From contig CAYSHM010000017.1 of NCBI GenBank assembly GCA_964430885.1, positions 45,288 to 64,130 on the forward strand: 18,843 nucleotides of DNA, written 5' to 3'. How positions within the stretch are numbered: the first letter of the stretch is position 1; every line of letters starts with the position of its first letter. This DNA comes from an uncultured archaeon (GTDB lineage Archaea; Thermoplasmatota; Penumbrarchaeia; JASLWR01). Under the pieces are notes generated by a model. The model was not told where the DNA came from. It made no database searches and saw only the letters and a program-made list of their open reading frames with translations. A program made the translations under genes and the position numbers. Shown one piece after another: positions 9,420-17,081 of the stretch.

Positions 9420-9535
9420 CACTATTGAATAGCACCTAAACATTGGGTGCAGCTTGTTGATAAAATCAATCCATCAAGCTTTAGGTTAGCAGAATATGAA
9501 AGATAACTATCCCCATTGGATGAAAAGAGGTCGGT

Positions 9536-11659
9536 ATAATCAAGGAACTAAATAGGCTTTTACGCCCCAGGAGCATCTGTGTTCTGGGTGCTTCACAGCG
9601 CAGGAACAGCATCGGCAATCGAATAATCAATAATTTAGTTGATCACGATTATAAGGGAAAAATATTTCCGGTGAATCCTAGGGCCCAGGAGATCCATGGA
9701 TTGAAGTGTTTACCGAGCCTTTCAGAGCTTCCGGAACCGCCGGATATTGTGCATATCACCATCAATGGAAAGGATGTACCTGAAATACTTCATGAGATGG
9801 GGCGGAACGGCATGAAACTTGCGATAATATCCAGTGCTGGTTTCAGAGAAACAGGGGAGGAAGGCAGGGAGCTCGAGAGAAATATCATTGACATTGCATC
9901 CCAATACGGGATACGTATATTGGGGCCTAATTGTTTGGGTGTAATGAACACTGATGATCATATTTGTAATTACAGCAATTTCCTTTCAACAATTCCTTCA
10001 AAAGGCGGGATATCCCTTCTCTCCCAAAGCGGCAGTGTAATAGAGGTTATCAACCAGAAAATCCAGAGAATGGGAGGCGGAGTGAGAATTGAGGTCTCCT
10101 CCGGGAATTCTGCGGACATACAGATAACGGAGCTTCTGGACTGCATAGCCCATGATGAGGAAACGAGAACAATAATTCTGTATGTGGAAAACTTTACCGA
10201 ACTGGATAAACTACACTCTTCGATTTATAGAGCTGTTAATAATGGGAAGAAAGTACTGGGAATTCACGGCGGACGGTCCTATGAGGGTTTCCGTGCTTCA
10301 CTGTCCCATACAGGGATTCTTTCAACTAATCGGGAAGCAATAGAGAGCATCTTTCATGATGGGGGTGCACTAAGTTTCAGGGACCTTGATTCTATGTGTG
10401 CTTCAGCAGTTATTCTCGATAAATATCCTGCACTTAAAGGTAAAGGTGTAGGTATAATTACCAATTCAGGAGGATTGGGAATACTGGCAGTGGATCGTTT
10501 GAAGGAAATGAACATTTTATGCCCTGAACTTCACAGTAACATAGAGAAAAAAATCAAAAACACAATTCCCCCGGGTTCCTCCAGCCAAAACCCCATAGAT
10601 ACCATGGCTACAGGTGATGCGGATGATTTCGAGGCTGGTCTTTCGGCCCTGGAGGAACAGGATGACATAGATCTCATAATTATATTATTCTCAGTACCAT
10701 TCTTTGTTGATGCCAAATCAATATTGGAGCGCATAAATAACTACAGCACTAAAAGCAAAAAACCTGTATTATTGAACCTTTCTGTGAATGATGGATTGAG
10801 ATCTGAATTCAAGGGCAATATTGAGAATATGAATATTCCGGTGATCGAATCTCTGGATACCGCTGTAAGGGCAGTATCTAAGGTTCTGACCTCATCCGAA
10901 CCCATGTGTTCTATTACTGAGAATGAATATCTCACTCCCCGTAAATACCCTTCCCGAACATTAGGACAAGTAAAGGCACAACCTGATAAAAGAACCCCTG
11001 AAGTGATGTGCACCATGGACAAGTCCTTTGAAATGGTGAAAAATTATGGTATCCCTTGTGCGGTTTTCAAGGTCCTGACAAACAACTGGGATCCAAGCAG
11101 AGGAAGCATAGACATACCTTATCCTCTTTATCTAAAAGCTTCCGGAAAGGAGATCATTCATAAGAAACATATGGGAGCTATAATCAGTGATGTCAATTCC
11201 TTGGATGAGCTCAGGGAATCCCTGGAGTACATGAAGAGAAAACTAGGAATGTCAGCGGAGTATTATATTATTCAGGAGACGGTCAGCGGTAATGGAGAAC
11301 TAGCCCTCGGGGCGAAACGGGTCAACGGATTGGGATATAATATAATGTTCGGTATAGGGGGAAGCCAGATAGAGAATCTAAGGGACCATATTTTCATGCT
11401 GTCCCGTTGTATTTCATCTGGAAAAAATACCCTTACCAAGGAGCTTGTGACAAATAAAATCTGCTCCCTCAGCTCTTTTCCAATTCTTAATTCATTCTTT
11501 GAACTCGGCATAGCAGACTTTCATTCAATAGTAAGTATTATTCTGAACTTTGAAAAGATGCTCAGGGACCATAATGATATTACTGAGATAGATATCAATC
11601 CCCTTGTGATCACTGACTCAGGATTAAAAGCGGTTGATGTGAGAATATTCATAGAATAA
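9536..11659 (+). CDS. acdAB: Acetate/acyl-CoA ligase (ADP-forming), fused alpha (CoA-binding + ligase) and beta (ATP-grasp) domains
   Basis: Motifs RILGPNCLG, SQSGS, SSGNSAD, the phospho-His SHTG, ITNSGGLG, QNPID, LKASG..IHK and EIDINP are present. The frame upstream of the track's GTG (9671) encodes the conserved start LNRLLRPRSICVLGAS...IGNRIINNL...YKGKIFPVNP. The start is therefore placed tentatively at ATA 9536. Confidence 0.85.
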   Translation: MIKELNRLLRPRSICVLGASQRRNSIGNRIINNLVDHDYKGKIFPVNPRAQEIHGLKCLPSLSELPEPPDIVHITINGKDVPEILHEMGRNGMKLAIISSAGFRETGEEGRELERNIIDIASQYGIRILGPNCLGVMNTDDHICNYSNFLSTIPSKGGISLLSQSGSVIEVINQKIQRMGGGVRIEVSSGNSADIQITELLDCIAHDEETRTIILYVENFTELDKLHSSIYRAVNNGKKVLGIHGGRSYEGFRASLSHTGILSTNREAIESIFHDGGALSFRDLDSMCASAVILDKYPALKGKGVGIITNSGGLGILAVDRLKEMNILCPELHSNIEKKIKNTIPPGSSSQNPIDTMATGDADDFEAGLSALEEQDDIDLIIILFSVPFFVDAKSILERINNYSTKSKKPVLLNLSVNDGLRSEFKGNIENMNIPVIESLDTAVRAVSKVLTSSEPMCSITENEYLTPRKYPSRTLGQVKAQPDKRTPEVMCTMDKSFEMVKNYGIPCAVFKVLTNNWDPSRGSIDIPYPLYLKASGKEIIHKKHMGAIISDVNSLDELRESLEYMKRKLGMSAEYYIIQETVSGNGELALGAKRVNGLGYNIMFGIGGSQIENLRDHIFMLSRCISSGKNTLTKELVTNKICSLSSFPILNSFFELGIADFHSIVSIILNFEKMLRDHNDITEIDINPLVITDSGLKAVDVRIFIE

Positions 11660-11707
11660 CTGATAAAACCAGTTTTTAATCCGCGAATACAGAAGTGTTT
11701 TATGGAT

Positions 11708-11974
11708 TTATTTTCCCAAAGAACGGGCGTCATCTATCTGGCATTTCCACACCCAAACGTCGTAACTGCCTGCGCATCGTCCCCCTGCAGAAACCCGTTT
11801 CTCCCTTCTGATCTTTACGAATTCGCGGTTATTGCCAAGTATGTTGCCCAGTTCGCTCGAAGTGGTACCGTATTTCAGAGATGAATTGATGTAATCCTTC
11901 AACTGGGTTGTATCCAATTCACCATGTTTTCTTAGAAAGTACAGGGCTTTTCTTTTCACCAACTTTTTAGCCAA
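11708..11974 (-). CDS. DUF3860-like small winged-helix DNA-binding protein
   Basis: L....DT.QL.DYIN...KYGTTSSELGNIL.....FVK......GSYDVWVW resembles the DUF3860 pattern as I recall it (GTTSQQLGNVL...GYD...W). TTG start preceded by SD GGAGTGA. Confidence 0.7.
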   Translation of the reverse strand: MAKKLVKRKALYFLRKHGELDTTQLKDYINSSLKYGTTSSELGNILGNNREFVKIRREKRVSAGGRCAGSYDVWVWKCQIDDARSLGK

Positions 11975-12162
11975 TCACATCACTCCTTAATCTCAAATAG
12001 AAAGGGGTATCTAATAAGAGATAAGGTTGTACACCATACAGATCCCTATAGCTCATGACCGAACCGAATTTTGGATCTCGATATCAGATAATCATTAAGC
12101 TTTTATTATTCCCCATTTTCAAGGAAAGGTAATGCATAAGACGTTTATTAAGATACTTTTTC

Positions 12163-12192
12163 TAACTGTTACATATTTTCGTAACTATTACA
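12163..12192. promoter_or_regulatory. Tandem TAACT(G/A)TTACA repeats forming a GTTAC-N8-GTAAC dyad, candidate operator
   Basis: Copies at 12163-12173 and 12182-12192 (10/11 identical), immediately upstream of an AAATATATT TATA-like element of the 12244 gene. Confidence 0.5.
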
Positions 12193-12243
12193 AAAAATAT
12201 ATTCACGGCAAGTTACTTATCCCAATAGCACATTAATCCCATC

Positions 12244-13005
12244 ATGGAAAAGAGGAAGGTTGTGCATATAATACCGGTCTCCTTTCATCTTGACGACATT
12301 GTGGAAGGTCTGAAACTTCAGCCCCCTAATGAGGCAGTGCTTATCAGCATCTATACCGAAGGAGATAGGGATGAGAAGATAATACTCAGGAACGTAAAGA
12401 AGATAAAGAAAGCTATGGGTAAAACCATAAAAGTTACAGCAAGGACCATTGGGACATATGAAGTTGATGCTGTGGCTAAGGAGCTTAGCACCATCCTTTC
12501 ATCATATGAAGTACCAAAAAATGAGGTCTATGTAAATGTATCCTCAGGGTTTTCATTTGTAAATGCCCTGCTAATACAGATCTCAATATTGAAAGGATTC
12601 AAAAGTTACGTGCTCAGGCGGAGAAAGTACTTGGTGCCACCATACAAAACCGAACTGTCTAAGGGGATTGAAGAAATATTCCTACTTCCCAGTATACCCC
12701 ATTTGGAGCTTTCAGATCAGGAGAACCAAATTTTGAAAGTGCTTGTTCGAAAAGGAGGAGGCGCCCAATCCCAAATGATTCTTCTGGATGCCCTTGAAAA
12801 GAACGATTTCTTTAAAATGGAAAAATATTTCAAGCGAAGAAGAAAGAGAATTTTGGCCAATAGAAAGACCATGCTGACAAGACTGCTGAAAGGGCTCGAG
12901 ACCAAGGGGATGATAGAGAGAGAAGCGAGGGGGAGAGACAATATCGTAAAATTAACACATTCCGCCGGTTTTTACCTCAACAATCTAGCAACTACCGATT
13001 TTTAA
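12244..13005 (+). CDS. HFX_2341/DUF6293-type transcriptional regulator (CARF-like Rossmann domain + C-terminal winged helix; Csa3-like architecture)
   Basis: N-terminal VHIIPVSF..D.IVEG, the CARF-like VYVNVSSG strand-loop, linker LPSIP...LSDQENQILKVL, and wHTH end LLKGLETKGMIERE..GR...VKLT.. Confidence 0.75.
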   Translation: MEKRKVVHIIPVSFHLDDIVEGLKLQPPNEAVLISIYTEGDRDEKIILRNVKKIKKAMGKTIKVTARTIGTYEVDAVAKELSTILSSYEVPKNEVYVNVSSGFSFVNALLIQISILKGFKSYVLRRRKYLVPPYKTELSKGIEEIFLLPSIPHLELSDQENQILKVLVRKGGGAQSQMILLDALEKNDFFKMEKYFKRRRKRILANRKTMLTRLLKGLETKGMIEREARGRDNIVKLTHSAGFYLNNLATTDF

Positions 13006-13832
13006 AAATGATATGTTACTCTGCAGCTTATAAACTATGTGAAAAATTATTCCTGAAAAATTATAGTTTTTAATTTTATAAATCTGCTTAATATTATAAC
13101 AATATTCCATTACAAATTCGATTTCTTCGGCCGGCTTATTTCTTCAAATGCAACTATGTTAAGTGAACCGAGACCTTAATATATAACTCAATAAATCACC
13201 TCATACGCACCATAATTCACACATAATAATATTCATATAGGCGGATAATAAGTATAATGTGATTTTCCATTAAAAAAAGGGACATAATAATAACTGCGTA
13301 ATACAAAGAGTATATAAAGCAATATTTTACCACATTTAAGTAAATACTCACAAATTAATGAAATTATAATGAAACATCTGTTAAAAATAAATTACTAAAA
13401 AATTGGGAATAGAAAATTTCATGGCCTTTTATCATTTTTCAAAAAAGCAGAAATCAAGCTTAACTAGATAGGGTTAATAATGATCATGAGCGATTTATTT
13501 CACTTTCGGCCATTGGGTTTTATTTAGGTTACTGGCAGGAATAAATATTTAATTTCAATTTTTTAAAAAATAATTAAAGTGGTACTATTTGCAGAAACAT
13601 ATATTAAGGGGTAAGATATACGGTTTGTTATTATTGATTTAAAAAAAATGAACCTGTTATTGTATTTTCATATTTTCGGCAATAAGGTGGAAAATATATT
13701 AAATTGTAAGTTTATTATGCAATAACAAGCATTTTAAGTAGTGAAAATAAGAAAAACTGCATCTGCTGAATTATACTTCATAGTAATAGACTAAAAAAAC
13801 TCTAATGTGAAGTCAAAGGGAAGTGAATAACG
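13006..13832. other. Long AT-rich non-coding region upstream of cdc6; candidate replication origin (oriC)
   Basis: 827 bp with no ORF of 60 aa or more in the track, and visibly much more AT-rich than the flanking genes. It is adjacent to orc1/cdc6 and has two TTCCATTAnAAA elements loosely resembling ORB cores. Confidence 0.5.
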
Positions 13833-15308
13833 ATGAGCGGAAAAAACATATTCGACCAGCACCTGGAGGTTCAGGACAAATCCCTATTCAAAGATAAGGA
13901 TGTCCTTCGGATCGGATATACGCCATCAGTTATTTTTCATAGGGATAAGGAGATCAACCATCTGGCATCCATGCTCTCCGATGCTTTGAGAGGACAGACC
14001 CCATCAAATATATTCATATGCGGAAAACCAGGAACAGGAAAGACCGCTACAACCAAATATATCGGCAGTCAACTTCTTAATAAAAAGGACCAGCTGAACC
14101 GGAGTTTATCCCATAACGTAAATTCCCTTTTACTCCCCCAGATTCTTCAGGAAAGTGTGGAGATCAATGACCGTAATAATGGTACATTTGATAATATAAA
14201 TTCGAACCCCACTTCAGCCTATGAACAATATTCCACCTTCCTCAACCGGATTTTCAATACGGGCGATTTTCTTGGCCATGATCTTAAGAGGTCAATATCT
14301 ACAAACGTGGAGTTCATTTATCTCAACTGCAAGCATGTTGACACAAAATACAGGGTATTGACCCAGATAACAAATTCTCTATCCTCAGAATCCAACGAAC
14401 CCCTCCCTCCAACCGGGCTGACAACAGATATGGTTATCGAACAAATGATCAAACATCTTGAGGAGTTCAGAGGTGTTGTGATCATTGTTCTAGACGAGGT
14501 GGATAACCTAATAAAGAAATCAGGTGACAATACGCTTCATATTCTTTCCAGGATGAATGAGGAACTAGAACTCTCCTCAACAAGCCTGGTGTGCATATCC
14601 AATGATGCAAATGTGCTTGGCAATGTTCACGCAGCTGTACTCAGCTCATTGGCCCTTGATATCAATGTTTTCAAGCCCTATAATGCTGAACAGCTTAGAG
14701 ATATTCTATCTTTCAGAGCCGCTAAGGCTTTCAACAGGAGCGTCTGCCCAGAATCTGTTATTAATCTCTGTTCCGCATTCGCTGCCAGGGATAACGGCGA
14801 TGCACGTCGAGCCCTGTCCCTTCTCATGGTGGCCGGAGAAATAGCCGAGAAGAGCGGATACCGCGCTCTAATGGAAAAACATGTCAGAAAGGCTCAGGAT
14901 AAGATCGAGACTGACAGCGTTCAGGAATTGGTGTCAAGTCTCCCCATTCACTGCAAAATGACCTTGGCTTCAATACTGATGCAGCATGAACTCGGCAATA
15001 GAATCACCACTGGAAGCGTATACGAATCTTATAATCAAATATGCAGAAGTAAGGGAATCTCGAACCTGACCAAACGAAGGGTCTCAGATTTCATATCTGA
15101 ACTGGGATCCGTCGGCCTCATCGATGCAAGTCTCATATCTCACGGAGCTTACGGACGGACCAGACAAATAAAATTGGCAGCCTGTGATGAAACCATCAGA
15201 GATACCTTCCATAAGGACGAGGAGCTTAACGGGATTATTGACAATAATATGAGGTCCGCTCTTTCAAAGAATATCTTCGGAAGGAATCATCAGACAAGAC
15301 TTCTTTAG
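13833..15308 (+). CDS. cdc6: Orc1/Cdc6 replication initiation protein (AAA+ ATPase + winged helix)
   Basis: YTP..I.HRDKEI, Walker A GKPGTGKT, YLNC, Walker B IIVLDEVD, sensor 1 CISND, F.PYNAEQL.DIL, sensor 2 GDARRA, and wHTH RRVSDFISEL...G.YGRTR. SD-like GGAAGTGA upstream. Confidence 0.95.
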   Translation: MSGKNIFDQHLEVQDKSLFKDKDVLRIGYTPSVIFHRDKEINHLASMLSDALRGQTPSNIFICGKPGTGKTATTKYIGSQLLNKKDQLNRSLSHNVNSLLLPQILQESVEINDRNNGTFDNINSNPTSAYEQYSTFLNRIFNTGDFLGHDLKRSISTNVEFIYLNCKHVDTKYRVLTQITNSLSSESNEPLPPTGLTTDMVIEQMIKHLEEFRGVVIIVLDEVDNLIKKSGDNTLHILSRMNEELELSSTSLVCISNDANVLGNVHAAVLSSLALDINVFKPYNAEQLRDILSFRAAKAFNRSVCPESVINLCSAFAARDNGDARRALSLLMVAGEIAEKSGYRALMEKHVRKAQDKIETDSVQELVSSLPIHCKMTLASILMQHELGNRITTGSVYESYNQICRSKGISNLTKRRVSDFISELGSVGLIDASLISHGAYGRTRQIKLAACDETIRDTFHKDEELNGIIDNNMRSALSKNIFGRNHQTRLL

Positions 15309-15379
15309 ATGGGAAATGAATAATCCCACCAACAATATATTGATAAATATCTATCCAAATTCTACTTCTAAATATATGA

Positions 15380-16105
15380 GTGATCGATTTGGTAGCTTGC
15401 ACAATTAAGCAAAATATTCCGGGACTTCTTAACCAAGTTTATTCAAATCTAAGGGCCAGATTCAAATTTCAGGATTGGTGGCCCGGCGAAAGCAAGGATG
15501 AGATAATCATCGGAGCGATTCTCACGCAGAACACTTCCTGGGGAAATGTTGAAAAGGCCCTAGGCAATCTAAGGAGCAAGGGTTGTCTAAGCCTGGAGAA
15601 AATATCATTTACAGATCTAGTTGAATTGGAGGATATGATCCAATCCTCCGGTTTCTTCAGACAGAAGGCAAAAAGGCTGAAGAGCATTGCCCACTTATCC
15701 CGAATTCCGGGCAACTGCATTGAGACATTGAAGAGAGGAAACGGTACGGCACAGGAGAACCGGACGAAACTCCTGAAAATAAAGGGTATTGGATTCGAGA
15801 CCGCAGATTCCATCCTCCTTTATGCCGGGGATTATCCAATATTCGTTATTGATGCCTACACTTTCAGGATATTCGAAAGAGCGGGTTTGTATAATGGTAA
15901 AAGGGATTATTCTGTTCTCCAGAGTTTTATTTCCAATAATGTGGATAGGGATATTGGTTTTTTCAAGGATTTCCATGCTCAATTAGTAATGTTGGGGAAG
16001 AACTACTGCAGAAAGAAAAAACCTTTATGTAGCGAGTGCCCTATTAAGGAAGACTGCATTACGGGAAAGAAGGAGTTCGATAGAAATGGAAAAGGACAGC
16101 ACTGA
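15380..16105 (+). CDS. Endonuclease III-related HhH-GPD DNA glycosylase with C-terminal [4Fe-4S] motif
   Basis: WWP...EIIIGAILTQNTSWGNVEKAL, SSGFFRQKAKRL, HhH LLKIKGIGFETADSILLYA, FVIDAYT and C-x7-C-x2-C-x5-C (CRKKKPLCSECPIKEDC). The exact start is uncertain. Confidence 0.9.
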   Translation: MIDLVACTIKQNIPGLLNQVYSNLRARFKFQDWWPGESKDEIIIGAILTQNTSWGNVEKALGNLRSKGCLSLEKISFTDLVELEDMIQSSGFFRQKAKRLKSIAHLSRIPGNCIETLKRGNGTAQENRTKLLKIKGIGFETADSILLYAGDYPIFVIDAYTFRIFERAGLYNGKRDYSVLQSFISNNVDRDIGFFKDFHAQLVMLGKNYCRKKKPLCSECPIKEDCITGKKEFDRNGKGQH

Positions 16106-16649
16106 GAGGAAAAGGGGGCGCCATCTCAACAAAATCGAATTGGGAAACAATCCGCTATCATTGAAGCCCGTCCAGGAAGATATTAGGGATAGATTCAATT
16201 ACTTATTCAATAAGGTCAGGGAAATGGGATTAAACGAAGGCAATAGATTTTTAATGGCCCTCAGGGATGGAAGAGGATTTGTAATCTCCAGGGAATACGA
16301 CCTGGAACCCGATCTTCTTTCAGAGGTTGCAGATTATGATCCTCTAACCGGCAGCCCCATGGGAATCGGAACTAGATCACCCCCGGAAACCGGTCTGATC
16401 TGGTGGGCATTCCGTTTGAGGCCAGATGCAGTAGTGGCATTGATAATTAATAGAAGCGAAAAGAAGGAACATGATAAGAGTAAGATCAATTCCTTTTCGT
16501 CAAAGACCTTTTCTCTCGAGGAAATGGAGAAAGCAAATTATCCTCCGAAAATCATGATGGATCTATTCAAGGGCACTTCATGGACTGGAGATCTCTTGAC
16601 ATTGAGATTCAGAAGAAAAAAACTTGTCCTTGTAAAGGATTTTTTATAA
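16086..16649 (+). CDS. Hypothetical protein with degenerate class II aldolase/adducin-like features
   Basis: ORF overlaps the glycosylase stop by 20 nt, with AGGAG upstream. The segment GN...ALR.GRGFVIS...VADYD....G.RSPPET.L....RLRPDAVVALII follows the class II aldolase layout. Confidence 0.55.
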   Translation: MEKDSTERKRGRHLNKIELGNNPLSLKPVQEDIRDRFNYLFNKVREMGLNEGNRFLMALRDGRGFVISREYDLEPDLLSEVADYDPLTGSPMGIGTRSPPETGLIWWAFRLRPDAVVALIINRSEKKEHDKSKINSFSSKTFSLEEMEKANYPPKIMMDLFKGTSWTGDLLTLRFRRKKLVLVKDFL

Positions 16650-16720
16650 TATTGATTTACATTATCATTCCTGATAATTGCTTAAACAGGAAGAATAATA
16701 ATAAATAAAATTGCACAAAC

Positions 16721-16728
16721 TATTTATA
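16721..16728 (+). promoter_or_regulatory. TATA box for a probably leaderless transcript of the 16751 gene
   Basis: TATTTATA lies 23-30 nt upstream of the ATG, preceded by an A-rich BRE-like stretch, with no SD. Confidence 0.5.
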
Positions 16729-16750
16729 GTAATAAAAATATGTCAAATCC

Positions 16751-17014
16751 ATGACAAAATACCCTACTATAGAAATCCACATAGATTTACCTCCGGAGGA
16801 TTGTATTAATAGGGCCAAATCGGAATGCAGAAAATTAGGACTGCACATTACCGGCAACAGAAACAAAGGGGACCTGAACGGAAATGGAATTAAAGGATAC
16901 TACAACTTTGAAAATGGGAAGATCAAGGTTCAGCTTACAGAAATAGGATTCCCTGCTTTTCTAATCTACAGCTTTCAGGATATCAAAAAGGAATTAATCG
17001 AATATTTCAAGTGA
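16751..17014 (+). CDS. Small hypothetical alpha/beta protein (loose resemblance to the PHA-granule-region protein family)
   Basis: 87-aa ORF with its own TATA box. The pattern I.I...L..E....RA......GIKG......I.V....GF.......I...L suggests the family only weakly. Confidence 0.6.
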   Translation: MTKYPTIEIHIDLPPEDCINRAKSECRKLGLHITGNRNKGDLNGNGIKGYYNFENGKIKVQLTEIGFPAFLIYSFQDIKKELIEYFK

Positions 17015-17081
17015 TTCCGCCATATACAAAAAATAACCATAATTCTACCTTCCGATTTAAATAGGCCAGGAAATAGCGGTC

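Noticed and set aside
9671-9673. GTG start for acd given by the ORF track
   Set aside because: It is the Val of the conserved PVNP motif, and about 45 conserved codons lie upstream in frame.
12244-13832. CRISPR locus suggested by a CARF-like gene plus an AT-rich leader-like region
   Set aside because: No regularly spaced 24-40-bp repeats and no cas genes.
13006-13832. tRNA or structured ncRNA in the long intergenic region
   Set aside because: Very AT-rich, with no cloverleaf or extended GC-rich stems visible.
14097-14297. Intein in Cdc6
   Set aside because: Too short, with no block A/B motifs and no terminal HN followed by C/S/T.
15780-15810. Glu instead of the catalytic Lys in the HhH motif (GIGFET) as a sign of inactivation
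   Set aside because: GIGxETAD is normal for this WWP/TQNT subfamily of endonuclease III-related proteins. For the same reason the gene was not named nth.
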